Position numbers and translations under genes: made by a program
The notes under the pieces: generated by a model
What the model was told of the DNA's origin: nothing
Databases searched by the model: none
The model's input: only the letters and a program-made list of their open reading frames with translations
Assembly: GCA_021108405.1 (NCBI GenBank)
Contig: JAIOQW010000140.1
Span: forward strand, 631 to 64,630
DNA length: 64,000 nucleotides
Reading direction: 5' to 3'
From: Methanosarcinales archaeon
GTDB taxonomy: Archaea > Halobacteriota > Methanosarcinia > Methanosarcinales > Methanocomedenaceae
Shown here: one piece after another, positions 1 to 9,739 of the stretch
Layout of the letters: every line of letters starts with the position of its first letter
Numbering within the stretch: position 1 is the stretch's first letter

Positions 1-1281
1 CTAAGTAACCCGGCTGCAGAAAACATGGCTCAGATGTATCTCACCCCAATATATGTAAACACAACAATAAATGGTATAATTATTACAGGAAGAGTGCTGA
101 ATAACAAGACCTCTATAACACAACAAATTGACTCTATTCTTGGAGATACCACCACAGCCATATATCAAAAAGGATACAGTACATCAATCACAAGTAATAC
201 CCTTTCAAGTACGCAATTCCCAGTCGACATTGTACAGGATGTATCTCAGGATGAGATAGTGATCTCAGAAGTGCAGAGATCTTCAATTACATATGTTTAT
301 GCAGCTACTCCTATTACTAATTATAACGGGGATGTGATAGGAACACTGGTAATTGAAACTCCAAAATCAGCATTTACACAACCACTATCACAGTTCAATC
401 AAACAGTAATGTTCGCTGGTTTTGCAGGTCTACTTTTCGGACTTATTTTTATGGTGACCAGAGTGAAAGAAATAACACGGCCCCTTTTAGAGCTAAAAAA
501 AGCTACACAGATTGTAGCAGAGGGAAAAGGGTATGAGAAAATATCCAATCCAGGCACAGATGAAATAGGCGATGTAGCACGCTCCTTTAATGATATGGTA
601 GATTCACTTGAAGACCGGAACCTTATGGTTATGCAATCAACAGAAGACGTGATGGCTGCAAATGTCGATCTTAATGAATATAGAGCCGTACTTCAGGAAA
701 AGACCGCCATACTTGAAGCACAGCAGTACCGTATGGCTGCATATACTGATATACTCACTGTATTGAGCAGTACCGTTGATCTGAATACCATTCTCACTAA
801 AGGTCTGGATAGTATAATGACTTATTCAAAATCGCCAGCCGGTGCTGTTTATCTATATAATTCCGAAAAAAAGATCCTTTCACCTGCAATCACAAAAAAT
901 ACATTAAAAGAAGTATGCAAGTACGAATTTGCTCAGGGAGAGGGAATCCCGGGCCTTTGCGCCCTGAATAAAGAGAAAATGATAGTAACCGAACTTGACA
1001 AAGATACCATTTTCAGGATAGAAGCCGGACTGTGTGAGTTTACTCCGACTGCCATTCTCAGTATTCCATTGATATTTAGAGACACAGTACTTGGTGTCAT
1101 AGTAACCTGTCATACAGATGAAATAACTGATGATATTACTCAATTCATGCAGCAAACCGCCGATCAGCTTGCCGTATCTATTAATAATGCCCAATCATAC
1201 AGACAGATTGAACAAATGAGAGTACAAAGCAAAGATAACCATGCTAAACCTGGAATTACCTCAAAGGAAGTCCTTTTATGA
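1..1281 (+). CDS. Membrane sensor protein, 5'-partial at window edge (extracellular region, TM, HAMP, coiled coil, GAF; no kinase core)
   Basis: The frame is open from nt 1, with no stop before the ATG at 25. TM segment MFAGFAGLLFGLIFMV, then HAMP-like ITRPLLELKKATQIVAEG...DEIGDVARSFNDMVDSL. The GAF block is clearly paralogous to that of the next gene (SPAGAVYLY/SPLGAVYMF, IFRIEAGLCE/VFRMESGLCE, SIPLIFRDTVLGVIVTCHT/SIPMIFKDMLLGVIITCHT). The protein ends right after GAF with no H-box. Confidence 0.6.
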   Translation, partial: LSNPAAENMAQMYLTPIYVNTTINGIIITGRVLNNKTSITQQIDSILGDTTTAIYQKGYSTSITSNTLSSTQFPVDIVQDVSQDEIVISEVQRSSITYVYAATPITNYNGDVIGTLVIETPKSAFTQPLSQFNQTVMFAGFAGLLFGLIFMVTRVKEITRPLLELKKATQIVAEGKGYEKISNPGTDEIGDVARSFNDMVDSLEDRNLMVMQSTEDVMAANVDLNEYRAVLQEKTAILEAQQYRMAAYTDILTVLSSTVDLNTILTKGLDSIMTYSKSPAGAVYLYNSEKKILSPAITKNTLKEVCKYEFAQGEGIPGLCALNKEKMIVTELDKDTIFRIEAGLCEFTPTAILSIPLIFRDTVLGVIVTCHTDEITDDITQFMQQTADQLAVSINNAQSYRQIEQMRVQSKDNHAKPGITSKEVLL

Positions 1282-1315
1282 TTACTATACCATTAACACA
1301 GGGGAATGAGAACAA

Positions 1316-4300
1316 ATGAAGATAAGCATAAGGATTTTCATGGTGTTTTTCATTTTCATCTTGATATCAAGTATAGTTACTTTTTTTATCAGCAGTACAA
1401 CCTCAAAAAATATTACTGAAGAGCAGATATATAACAACCTGAATTCGAATGTGGAGTCAAGAACATTTCATATTAAGACCATTCTGGAAAATTATAAAGA
1501 AATTACCGAGACTATGGCAGTGGGAAATTCATTTAAAGATGCAGTGGACGAGAGCAAGGATTATACTCAACGGATAGAGCAGGTTAACAGACGGATAAAC
1601 AATACAATTCAAAAAAATAATGAAATCCTTGTTTTTGTTATACTGGATAAAAATGGCACAGTAATTGCTTCCAATATGGCAGTTGTCGGACGTGATGATA
1701 GTGCTAGTATTATGTTTTTGGAAGGAAAAGAACACACTTTTATAAATGATATCACTATCTGCAAGATATGTGGAGAACCTGTTATAGGTGTGTCATCTCC
1801 AATTGTTGTAAATGGTGAATTTGCAGGGGTTTGTTCGATATATTATTGGGCTACTGTAGAATTATATGATATCATTACAGGTACAACAGGTTTAAAGCAG
1901 ACAGGTGAGATATATCTTGTGAACAAAGACGGTTTTATGATATCTCCATCAAGGTTTGTAAATGATACTGTTCTTAAACAACAGATAAATATTGAACACG
2001 AATATGAACATTCTTTTAATTCAAATGAATTATTCGTAACTAAAAATTATCTTGATGAGAAGGTATTTAGAGTTCATACCCATATACTTGAAATGGAATG
2101 GTATGTGATCGCTGAAATGAGTGAAGAAGAAGCATTAGCACCTGTTGCACAGTTGAATAATGCTATATTTAGTTTCACATTCGCTCTTATTATAATTGGT
2201 CTGGTCATTTCTATTATTATATCAAGATCGATATCCAAACCTATTAATGACCTGAGTAAAGGAGTTCGTGAAATAAAAAGCGGTAACCTTGATTATCAAT
2301 TGAACATTACAACTGGCGATGAAATAGAATTGTTTGCAAATGAGTTCAATGATATGAGTGATAAATTGAAGAGATCATACTCAGGACTCGAATTAAAAGT
2401 AGAAGAAAGAACTAAAGAAATAACAGATGCTAACAATACGCTCAAGGCAGAAATTGAAAAACACACCGCAATAGAGAATAAACTTAAAAGCAAACAGGTA
2501 ATGGACGCGGCATATTCAAAGATACTTACAATTTCAAATAAAACCATAGATATTGATACACTTCTGGACCAGGGTCTTACAAATCTTATGAAATATACTG
2601 ATTCACCGCTGGGTGCAGTCTATATGTTTGATCCGCAGCGCAATATACTTGTACCAAAGATAACTAAAGGTACTATGAATTCAGTCTCTGATAGGGAATT
2701 TTTAATGGGGGACGGTATCCCGGGTGACGCGGCTCAAAGAAAAACTATGATCGTAGTAACAGATATTCCGGAAGATACCGTATTCAGGATGGAATCAGGA
2801 CTGTGTGAATCACTTCCGACAACCATTGTCAGCATACCAATGATCTTTAAGGATATGCTTTTAGGCGTTATAATAACATGTCATACAGGTAATATCACAC
2901 AGGATAAACTGGATTTTATACAGCGTGTTGTTGATCAGTTTGCAGTATCTGTTAATAATGCTAATTCATATACTCAAATGCAGGTAATGGCAGTTCAAAT
3001 GAAAAATCAGCGTGATGAGCTTGAGATACAATCAAATCAACTTGAAGCAGCTAATAAGACAAAGTCCGAATTCCTGGCAAATATGAGCCATGAGCTAAGA
3101 ACCCCGCTTAATTCTATAATAGGGTTCTCAGAAGTATTACATGATCAAACATTCGGACCTGTAAATGATAAGCAGTTGAAGTATATAAACAATGTACTGA
3201 TAAGTGGCAAGCACTTATTACAGCTTATCAATGATATACTTGATCTATCCAAGGTTGAAGCAGGAAAAGTGGAATTGATCTACGAAGATTTTGAGTTATT
3301 AAGAGCAATAGATGAAGTAAAGACATTGATAATATCGATTGCATCAAAGAAGAATATCTCTATAGAAATAAACATCGAACCGCAACTTACTACCTTACAT
3401 GCAGATATCGGTAAAATCAAACAAATACTGTTCAATCTCCTCAGCAATGCAATAAAATTCTCATCTGAACATTCAGTGGTAACAGTAGATGTAGTTCGTA
3501 TTGAAGATATGGCACAGATATCTGTCACTGATACAGGTATAGGGATATCAAAAGAAGACCAGAAAAAACTGTTTAAGACCTTTGTGCAGATAGATGCAGC
3601 TGCCTCCAGGCAATATGAAGGAACCGGACTGGGTCTGGCTCTTGTCAGGCAGTTTGCACAGTTGCATGGAGGTAGTGCATGGGTAGAAAGCGAATCTGGA
3701 AAAGGTAGTACCTTTATTTTTACCATACCTATTGCAGGTAAGAAGAATATAGAGGATACTGATAAAAATACCAAAAACGAAAATGAAACGAAAGATTCTG
3801 TAACAGTACATCAACCTAAGACTACCAGCACCATTGAAAAAATAAAGAACATCACCATGCCAGATATATTTTCACCTGAAGATGGTACTGGTGATGAGCC
3901 TTTGATCCTAGTAGTGGAAGATGATACGAACTCAAATGAACTGCTGACCAATACTCTTACAGGTGCCGGATACAGGACCATATCTGCTTATACAGGAACC
4001 CAGGCAGTGGCTATTGCACAGAAAATGCAGCCGTTTGCTATCACACTCGATATAATGCTGCCTGGTTTGGACGGATGGGATGTGATGAAATGTCTTAAAT
4101 CCGATCCATTAACAAGGAATATCCCTGTTATTGTTATCTCTATGATAGATGAGAAAGAGTGTGCTTATTCATACGGTATAACTGATTACTTTACCAAACC
4201 TGTTGATAAGGATATATTGTTATCCACACTGAACGATCTTACAAATGGTCTTAATATTGAATCACCAAAGGTACTTGTTGTAGATGATGAACCTGATGTA

Positions 4301-4639
4301 ATTGAATTAATAGCATCTATGATAGAACCGGCAGGCTATGGTATATCACGGGCATACAATGGGCAGGAAGGAATTGATAAAGCAATAAGTGAACATCCTG
4401 ATCTACTGATACTTGATCTTATGATGCCTGTTGTAAACGGATTTGATGTGATTAAAAAATTAAAAAATACTGATGATACAAAAAATATACCAATTATCAT
4501 CTGTACTGCAAAAGACCTGACAAAAGCCGAATTACAAATGCTTACGCAAAACGTGATATCAATAATGCAAAAGGGGATGTTTAATACAGATCAATTCCTG
4601 GATGAGATTAACAGAGTTACAAAAAGAAGGAGGAAATAA
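1316..4639 (+). CDS. Hybrid sensor histidine kinase (Cache-like, HAMP, GAF, HisKA, HATPase_c, two receiver domains)
   Basis: N-terminal TM, extracellular Cache-like region, second TM, HAMP (SKPINDLSKGVREIKSGNLDYQL), GAF, H-box SEFLANMSHELRTPLNSI. ATPase boxes LLSNAIKF, DTGIGI, GTGLGLA. Two REC domains (ILVVEDD...LDIMLPGLDGW; VLVVDDEPD...LDLMMPVVNGF). Confidence 0.9.
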   Translation: MKISIRIFMVFFIFILISSIVTFFISSTTSKNITEEQIYNNLNSNVESRTFHIKTILENYKEITETMAVGNSFKDAVDESKDYTQRIEQVNRRINNTIQKNNEILVFVILDKNGTVIASNMAVVGRDDSASIMFLEGKEHTFINDITICKICGEPVIGVSSPIVVNGEFAGVCSIYYWATVELYDIITGTTGLKQTGEIYLVNKDGFMISPSRFVNDTVLKQQINIEHEYEHSFNSNELFVTKNYLDEKVFRVHTHILEMEWYVIAEMSEEEALAPVAQLNNAIFSFTFALIIIGLVISIIISRSISKPINDLSKGVREIKSGNLDYQLNITTGDEIELFANEFNDMSDKLKRSYSGLELKVEERTKEITDANNTLKAEIEKHTAIENKLKSKQVMDAAYSKILTISNKTIDIDTLLDQGLTNLMKYTDSPLGAVYMFDPQRNILVPKITKGTMNSVSDREFLMGDGIPGDAAQRKTMIVVTDIPEDTVFRMESGLCESLPTTIVSIPMIFKDMLLGVIITCHTGNITQDKLDFIQRVVDQFAVSVNNANSYTQMQVMAVQMKNQRDELEIQSNQLEAANKTKSEFLANMSHELRTPLNSIIGFSEVLHDQTFGPVNDKQLKYINNVLISGKHLLQLINDILDLSKVEAGKVELIYEDFELLRAIDEVKTLIISIASKKNISIEINIEPQLTTLHADIGKIKQILFNLLSNAIKFSSEHSVVTVDVVRIEDMAQISVTDTGIGISKEDQKKLFKTFVQIDAAASRQYEGTGLGLALVRQFAQLHGGSAWVESESGKGSTFIFTIPIAGKKNIEDTDKNTKNENETKDSVTVHQPKTTSTIEKIKNITMPDIFSPEDGTGDEPLILVVEDDTNSNELLTNTLTGAGYRTISAYTGTQAVAIAQKMQPFAITLDIMLPGLDGWDVMKCLKSDPLTRNIPVIVISMIDEKECAYSYGITDYFTKPVDKDILLSTLNDLTNGLNIESPKVLVVDDEPDVIELIASMIEPAGYGISRAYNGQEGIDKAISEHPDLLILDLMMPVVNGFDVIKKLKNTDDTKNIPIIICTAKDLTKAELQMLTQNVISIMQKGMFNTDQFLDEINRVTKRRRK

Positions 4640-4644
4640 GGAAA

Positions 4645-5010
4645 ATGAAAAATATCCTTGTTGTTGAAGACAATCCATTGAATATGGAATTGGTCAGCGA
4701 CCTGTTAGAATCGTACGGATACCAAGTAACAGGTGCAATGGACGGAGAAGAAGCACTTGAGATCGTTAATGGATCTACATTTGACCTGATATTACTTGAC
4801 ATGCAGCTTCCGAAGATGGACGGGCTTGAAGTGCTTGAAAATCTAAAGAGCAATCCTGCAACTGCTAATATAACAGTTGTTGCACTAACAGCTCATGCTA
4901 TGAAGGGAGATGAGGTCAAGTATAAAGAAGCAGGATGCAGTGGATATATCCCAAAACCAGTAGAGGTGCATAAGTTAAAATCTTCAATTGAGCAATACGT
5001 AGGAGAATAA
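4645..5010 (+). CDS. Single-domain response regulator (CheY-like receiver)
   Basis: 121 aa with ILVVEDNPLN, LLDMQLPKMDG, TAHAMKGD and GYIPKP motifs. Starts 5 nt after the kinase stop. Confidence 0.9.
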   Translation: MKNILVVEDNPLNMELVSDLLESYGYQVTGAMDGEEALEIVNGSTFDLILLDMQLPKMDGLEVLENLKSNPATANITVVALTAHAMKGDEVKYKEAGCSGYIPKPVEVHKLKSSIEQYVGE

Positions 5011-5853
5011 ATGACCCAAGATGCTTTACCCAAAATACTTGTAGTAGATGATGAGCCGTTCAATGTAGAACTAATGGAGGCAATACTGGCTGCGCAGTAC
5101 GATGTTATATCTGCATATAGCGGAGAGGAAGCACTCGAAAAACTTGCAGTCGATCCACCTGATCTTATCCTGCTTGATATTATGATGCCACAGATGAACG
5201 GGTATGAGGCCTGCAAGATCATACGAGAGGATGAAAAAACTCAGTTCATTCCTGTTATAATGGTAACTGCATTAGCAGAACGAGATGATAGAATAAAAGG
5301 TATTGAAGCCGGAGCAGACGATTTTCTTACCAAACCTGTGAATAAGACAGAACTGGCTACAAGGGTCAGGTCATTAGTAAGGGTCAAACAACTGCATGAT
5401 AGCCTTGTAAATGAACGTGATAAGCTGAATATGCAAAATCATATACGCAGTATCCTTACTTCTATTATTCCGGTATTGCTTCAACCTCTTCCCGATGAGC
5501 ACAAAAAGATAGTGATCCACCAGATGACAGATATGGTTGAGAAGAATATAATGGAATTATACCAGTTTGAAAGCAGTGATCCTCAGCAGGTTGGAATTAT
5601 TTGTAGCAGTGTGATGAACCAGCTTGGTGGAGATTTCATTAGCGAGATAAGTGAAGATAATATATGCAGGATCACAGGCACTGTTTGCCCGTGGGGTGAT
5701 GATGAAGCGGCTGGAAATCCTATAATGTGCAATCTGACAAGAGGCATATTCACAAGGATCGGTAGCAGGGCTTTTAGTAATGCACAGGTGGAAGTGATTG
5801 GGACAATAGGGAATGGGGATGAAAAATGTGTGTTTGAAATAATGACAAACTGA
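5011..5853 (+). CDS. Response regulator with C-terminal Cys-containing output domain (V4R / methanogen-output-like)
   Basis: REC motifs ILVVDDEPFN, LLDIMMPQMNGYE, DFLTKP. The C-terminal ~150 aa ends CPWGDDE...CNLTRG...GNGDEKCVFEI, which resembles V4R-type small-molecule-binding output domains. Its start abuts the previous stop. Confidence 0.7.
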   Translation: MTQDALPKILVVDDEPFNVELMEAILAAQYDVISAYSGEEALEKLAVDPPDLILLDIMMPQMNGYEACKIIREDEKTQFIPVIMVTALAERDDRIKGIEAGADDFLTKPVNKTELATRVRSLVRVKQLHDSLVNERDKLNMQNHIRSILTSIIPVLLQPLPDEHKKIVIHQMTDMVEKNIMELYQFESSDPQQVGIICSSVMNQLGGDFISEISEDNICRITGTVCPWGDDEAAGNPIMCNLTRGIFTRIGSRAFSNAQVEVIGTIGNGDEKCVFEIMTN

Positions 5854-6054
5854 CTAATTAATTGGAATTGTGAATAACATTTAAGTTTGTGGTGACTGAA
5901 GAGTGTGAATGAAAATCAATAAAAAATAAGTATCCAGTTCAAATCTATAAACGATAAATTCCATGTATTTTATCGTTCATAAACGTTAACTTTAAACAAT
6001 ATACATTCAATAATACCATATATGGACACAAGAACCAAATAAACAAACCAAAAA

Positions 6055-6449
6055 AAATATACTGTGTAGATACCGGTATGATCAATGCAGTATCATTTCG
6101 TTTTTCACATAATACCGGACAGATATATGAAAATATAGTTTTTATTCAGTTGAAACGGTTGAACTATGAGATATATTACTGGCAGAACACAAAAGGTCAC
6201 GAAGTTGATTTTGTAATAAAAAAGGGATTAGAAGTAAGCCAGTTGATTCAGGTATGTTATGATATTTCCAATATCGATACACGATCTCGTGAAATAAATG
6301 GATTGGTTTTCGGACTTATTCATTTTAATCTTCCAAAAGGTACGATCATAACTTCAGATTATTTCCATCAAGAAACTATTGAAGGAAAAGATATACGATA
6401 TGTACCACTCTGGTACTGGCTTCTTGAAATAGAGAGTTCACTTGCTTAA
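6055..6449 (+). pseudogene. 3' fragment of a COG1373/DUF4143-type AAA ATPase gene (N-terminal ~270 aa missing)
   Basis: Only the C-terminal signature is present (KIYCVDTGMINA...ENIVFIQLKR...YYWQNTKGHEVDFVI). Homology starts upstream of the first ATG in an A-rich tract, and no P-loop region precedes it. Confidence 0.6.
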
Positions 6450-6531
6450 AAGTAACAGCCTCTTAAGTTTACACGGATTAAAATTCCTTAACCGATCATA
6501 AATGGATAAAAACGAGACTTTTTATAGTACA

Positions 6532-7167
6532 TTATGTTTTTTTTAAGGCATCTGCTATTCTTTCAGGAAGAGTATCGAGTTTTTCACTTATATCATCAAG
6601 TACACCTAATTTATTATCCATCCCACCTAGCTTATCATTCATTCCACCAAGCTTATCTTCTATTCTGTCAGGTGCACCCAATTTATCATTCATTCCACCA
6701 AGCTTATCATCCATTCTATCAAGTGCACCTAATTTATCATTCATTCCATCAAGCTTATCATCCATTCTATCAAGTGCACCTAATTTATCATTCATCCCAC
6801 TGAGTATATGAATAATCTCATGAAATAATGATGAATGTTCTGTTAATATCCCAATACCTTTATCGAACCGTTTCATATACTCCCGTATATCTTCAGTCGC
6901 AATCCTGCCGAAAGGAGATGGTAATGTAATATCTTCTTCGATCACTGTAGTTTCTATTGTAATATGCCTATGGGATGTTAGATCATTAATAAAACCTGAA
7001 ATAGATATTTCCGGGCCGCTTGCCATAATCTTGACAGAACCATCAATATCATTAAAAACAAATCCATCTAAACCATTAGCTCTTCCATAAGTTTCTACTA
7101 TATCCCTATATCCTACCATTTGAATATTATTTCTTATGGATAAAAAGATGTTTTTTATATTTGTCAT
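6532..7167 (-). CDS. Acylphosphatase-like domain protein with C-terminal DKLG-type tandem repeats
   Basis: The N-terminal ~90 aa (VGYRDIVETYGRANGLDGFVFNDIDGSVKIMASGP) is acylphosphatase-like. The C-terminal half is GMNDKLGALDRMDDKLD repeated, with a 17-aa period. Confidence 0.55.
   Translation of the reverse strand: MTNIKNIFLSIRNNIQMVGYRDIVETYGRANGLDGFVFNDIDGSVKIMASGPEISISGFINDLTSHRHITIETTVIEEDITLPSPFGRIATEDIREYMKRFDKGIGILTEHSSLFHEIIHILSGMNDKLGALDRMDDKLDGMNDKLGALDRMDDKLGGMNDKLGAPDRIEDKLGGMNDKLGGMDNKLGVLDDISEKLDTLPERIADALKKT
6598..6800 (-). repeat. In-frame tandem repeat: 51-bp (17-codon) unit, about 2.6 near-identical copies plus diverged units
   Basis: Units at 6669-6719 and 6720-6770 differ at a few positions. 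A third copy starts at 6771. More diverged 24-27 bp sub-units run from 6598 to 6668. Confidence 0.85.
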
Positions 7168-7428
7168 GTAATATTCATTTTATATTGTAAGTATATAGTT
7201 TTATTGTATACTTGCTAAGACTTTTTTTCTAAGCCATATTGCTATAACCTCTTGAAAATATTCAATGGGTAATAGGTGTTTCACCGGAAGGAGAATATGG
7301 CAAATTTTCAAGCAGCTATTTTGAAGTATTTCGACATCACCGTTTAAACTATGAAAGGTGCAACCAATGATTTAATTATTACAATTTAACTTTGTCAATA
7401 ATAACATTATCCAATCCGGTGCCCCAGG

Positions 7429-8130
7429 TTAACGCGAATGAAATGAGCGTTTACCACACATAACAATCAACTCATTAATACATGCCACCGCCACCGGCGT
7501 ACCCCCCCGTGTCCCTGTACAGGTAATAGATGGAATATCCAGTCCTCTCACTTTCTGTTTAGATTCGGCAGCGTTCACAAACCCGACAGGAACAGCTATT
7601 ATAAGAGCCGGTTTGATACCATATTCTACTATACGCGATATGGTAATAGCAGCAGAAGGTGCATTTCCTATAACCACAACAGCATCCTGAAGATCCTGGG
7701 CTGCGCTTAGAAATCCTGCCGATGTTCTGGTAATACCACAATCATGGGCAAGTTGTGTGGCACCACTGAGATCAAGTACACATTGTATCTTACAATCATG
7801 TCCTGTTTTGATAATACCTGTAAGCACCATCCTGATATCAGTAAACACAGGTATACCAGTAGATATTGCACGCAGTCCGGCTTCGATCGGATCATTACAA
7901 AACACTAACAGGTCTTTAAATGCCGGATCTCCGGTAGCCACCACACAGCGTTGCCGTATTTTATCCTCGGGACTGTTATCTCCGACGATCTTCCTGGCAA
8001 TTTCACGTCCTGCTTCGGCAATGGTCATAGCCTCAGGAGTTATAGCTCCGGGTTCACTGCATATGCGGACCAGTTCAGGGTCAATTTCTTTAGTATGATG
8101 TGCAGCCGCACTCAATAGATCAGTAGTCAT
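7429..8130 (-). CDS. cbiC: Cobalt-precorrin-8 methylmutase
   Basis: VVIGNAPSAAITISRIVE and overall CbiC/CobH-like sequence. It is the last gene of the cbi operon. The ORF opens at 8187, but the Met at 8130 leaves only an 11-nt overlap with cbiH. Confidence 0.8.
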   Translation of the reverse strand: MTTDLLSAAAHHTKEIDPELVRICSEPGAITPEAMTIAEAGREIARKIVGDNSPEDKIRQRCVVATGDPAFKDLLVFCNDPIEAGLRAISTGIPVFTDIRMVLTGIIKTGHDCKIQCVLDLSGATQLAHDCGITRTSAGFLSAAQDLQDAVVVIGNAPSAAITISRIVEYGIKPALIIAVPVGFVNAAESKQKVRGLDIPSITCTGTRGGTPVAVACINELIVMCGKRSFHSR

Positions 8131-8899
8131 ATTTCTTATGATACCCCCTTGGTGTGATGATCCTTGAACCCCATATCCCTGATTCACTATTGCCTATGAT
8201 TATTGTAGTTCTCATATCTACTTCATCATCATGGTCGAGAATATTTCCCAAAGTGGTCACAGTCACTGACTCACCTTCTGTGCGTAATGCATTTCTGACT
8301 ATTCCTACAGGCACGGTATCTACCCTGCTGCGGCGGATTATCTTTATGGCTTTTTGGAAATTAGTATTACGTTGCCTGCTTTTTGGGTTATAGATACCAA
8401 TGATCATATCTGCCTCTGCAGCAGCATGCAGGCGTTTCTCAATAACTTCCCATGGCGTGAGCAGGTCACTTAAGCTGATCACTGCAAAATCCGTAACAAC
8501 AGGAGCACCAAGCAGACTTGCTGCTGCACTTAAAGCTGTTATACCTGGTACGATCTCAATATCCACACTAAGATCAACCTGTCTTGCAACTTCCAGTACC
8601 AGACCTGCCATGCCATAGATATTCGAATCCCCGCCGCTGACCATTACTACCTTATTATCCACAGCAAGATCAATAGCCTTCTTAGCTCTTTCCACTTCAT
8701 GACCCATACTTGAGCGAAACACCTGTTGTGTAGATACCAGGTCTTTGATCTGGTCAAGATAAGTACCGTTACCGAGAATAATATCTGCTTCTTTGATCAC
8801 TGTATGCGCTCTTAAGGTCATGTGTTCCAAAGAACCGGGTCCGATCCCTACTACATAGAGTTTTCCATTAACGTGCGATGGCGATTGTGACATTATCAT
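8120..8899 (-). CDS. cbiH: Cobalt-factor III / cobalt-precorrin-3 C17-methyltransferase
   Basis: Tetrapyrrole methylase motifs LYVVGIGPGSLEHMTLRA and SGGDSNIYGMAGL. Operon context. Confidence 0.85.
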   Translation of the reverse strand: MIMSQSPSHVNGKLYVVGIGPGSLEHMTLRAHTVIKEADIILGNGTYLDQIKDLVSTQQVFRSSMGHEVERAKKAIDLAVDNKVVMVSGGDSNIYGMAGLVLEVARQVDLSVDIEIVPGITALSAAASLLGAPVVTDFAVISLSDLLTPWEVIEKRLHAAAEADMIIGIYNPKSRQRNTNFQKAIKIIRRSRVDTVPVGIVRNALRTEGESVTVTTLGNILDHDDEVDMRTTIIIGNSESGIWGSRIITPRGYHKKYDY

Positions 8900-9722
8900 A
8901 CACCCTTTTTTTCATAATTAGTTCATTTTCACGGCTCAGTGCCAGTGCAGCCGGTTCACTTACACCAATAAGTCCCAGTCCCAAAGCTGCTGATTCGGAT
9001 GGTGTTTCGATGGAATTGATCACCTCAGCAGGGACAAATACGATCTCTCCCTTCATTTCGGCAATAGCTTCAATGAGTCCGCTCTCATGCTGTTTGATAT
9101 CTGCAGAAGCAAACAGTTCCACATCAGTTAATTCCAGGCCGCACTCGTGAAGAGCTTGATAGACTGCATTTATTACACTACTTGAGGATATTGCGCGCCT
9201 GGTCCCTATACCTACAATAACCCCGCTTTTGTGATGAGGACCTGTTTTCTTTTTAAGAACTGATACATTACTGTTTATTATGACCACCTTTGGTCCGTGT
9301 ATCTCGATCACTGGCAGGTCTGAATTAAGAAGACAGGTATTTATTGCTCTGGTAGATTCCTTATTCACTATCTCACAGTCCAGTGCCTGTGCTATACCTT
9401 CAACGCAGGGGCGGCCCATAACTTCAGTAGCTGTGGTTATGACAGGGCATGCCCCGGTACCTGCAAGACGCTGTGCCAGATCATTGGCACCGTGGTGACC
9501 TCCGCATAAGGCAACTGCATAGTTTAATCCTGCATCCATTACCACTACTACCGGATCAGTCCATTTATCTTCCAGCAGCGGCCCCACTTCCCGAACAGCG
9601 ATCCCGCATGCCATAACCGCTATAATGGCCTGGTATTCTAAAAAAGCTGTTTTAAAAGCTTCTTTATCATAAGGGATAAGATCTGCATCCACACATGTCC
9701 GGATTTTAAGAGCTACATCCAA
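8868..9722 (-). CDS. cbiG: Cobalt-precorrin-5A hydrolase
   Basis: CbiG-like blocks (GIGTRRAISSSSVINAV; GVSEPAALA). It lies between cbiF and cbiH. TTG start. Confidence 0.75.
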   Translation of the reverse strand: MDVALKIRTCVDADLIPYDKEAFKTAFLEYQAIIAVMACGIAVREVGPLLEDKWTDPVVVVMDAGLNYAVALCGGHHGANDLAQRLAGTGACPVITTATEVMGRPCVEGIAQALDCEIVNKESTRAINTCLLNSDLPVIEIHGPKVVIINSNVSVLKKKTGPHHKSGVIVGIGTRRAISSSSVINAVYQALHECGLELTDVELFASADIKQHESGLIEAIAEMKGEIVFVPAEVINSIETPSESAALGLGLIGVSEPAALALSRENELIMKKRVYDNVTIAIAR

Positions 9723-9739
9723 GTTATGTTCCAGATAGA

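Noticed and set aside
3280-3814. Antisense ORFs inside the histidine kinase gene, and similar ones elsewhere (for example 12918-13430, 26746-27109, 40038-40589, 60271-60906).
   Set aside because: They lie opposite well-supported genes and have low-complexity or biased composition with no recognisable motifs. They are shadow ORFs.
6598-6800. Perfect tandem repeats in genes as a sign of a Borg-like or other extrachromosomal element.
   Set aside because: The window is full of single-copy housekeeping genes (rfcL, tmk, aIF5A, pyrD/K, nadA, pdxS, the cbi operon). A chromosomal origin is far more likely.
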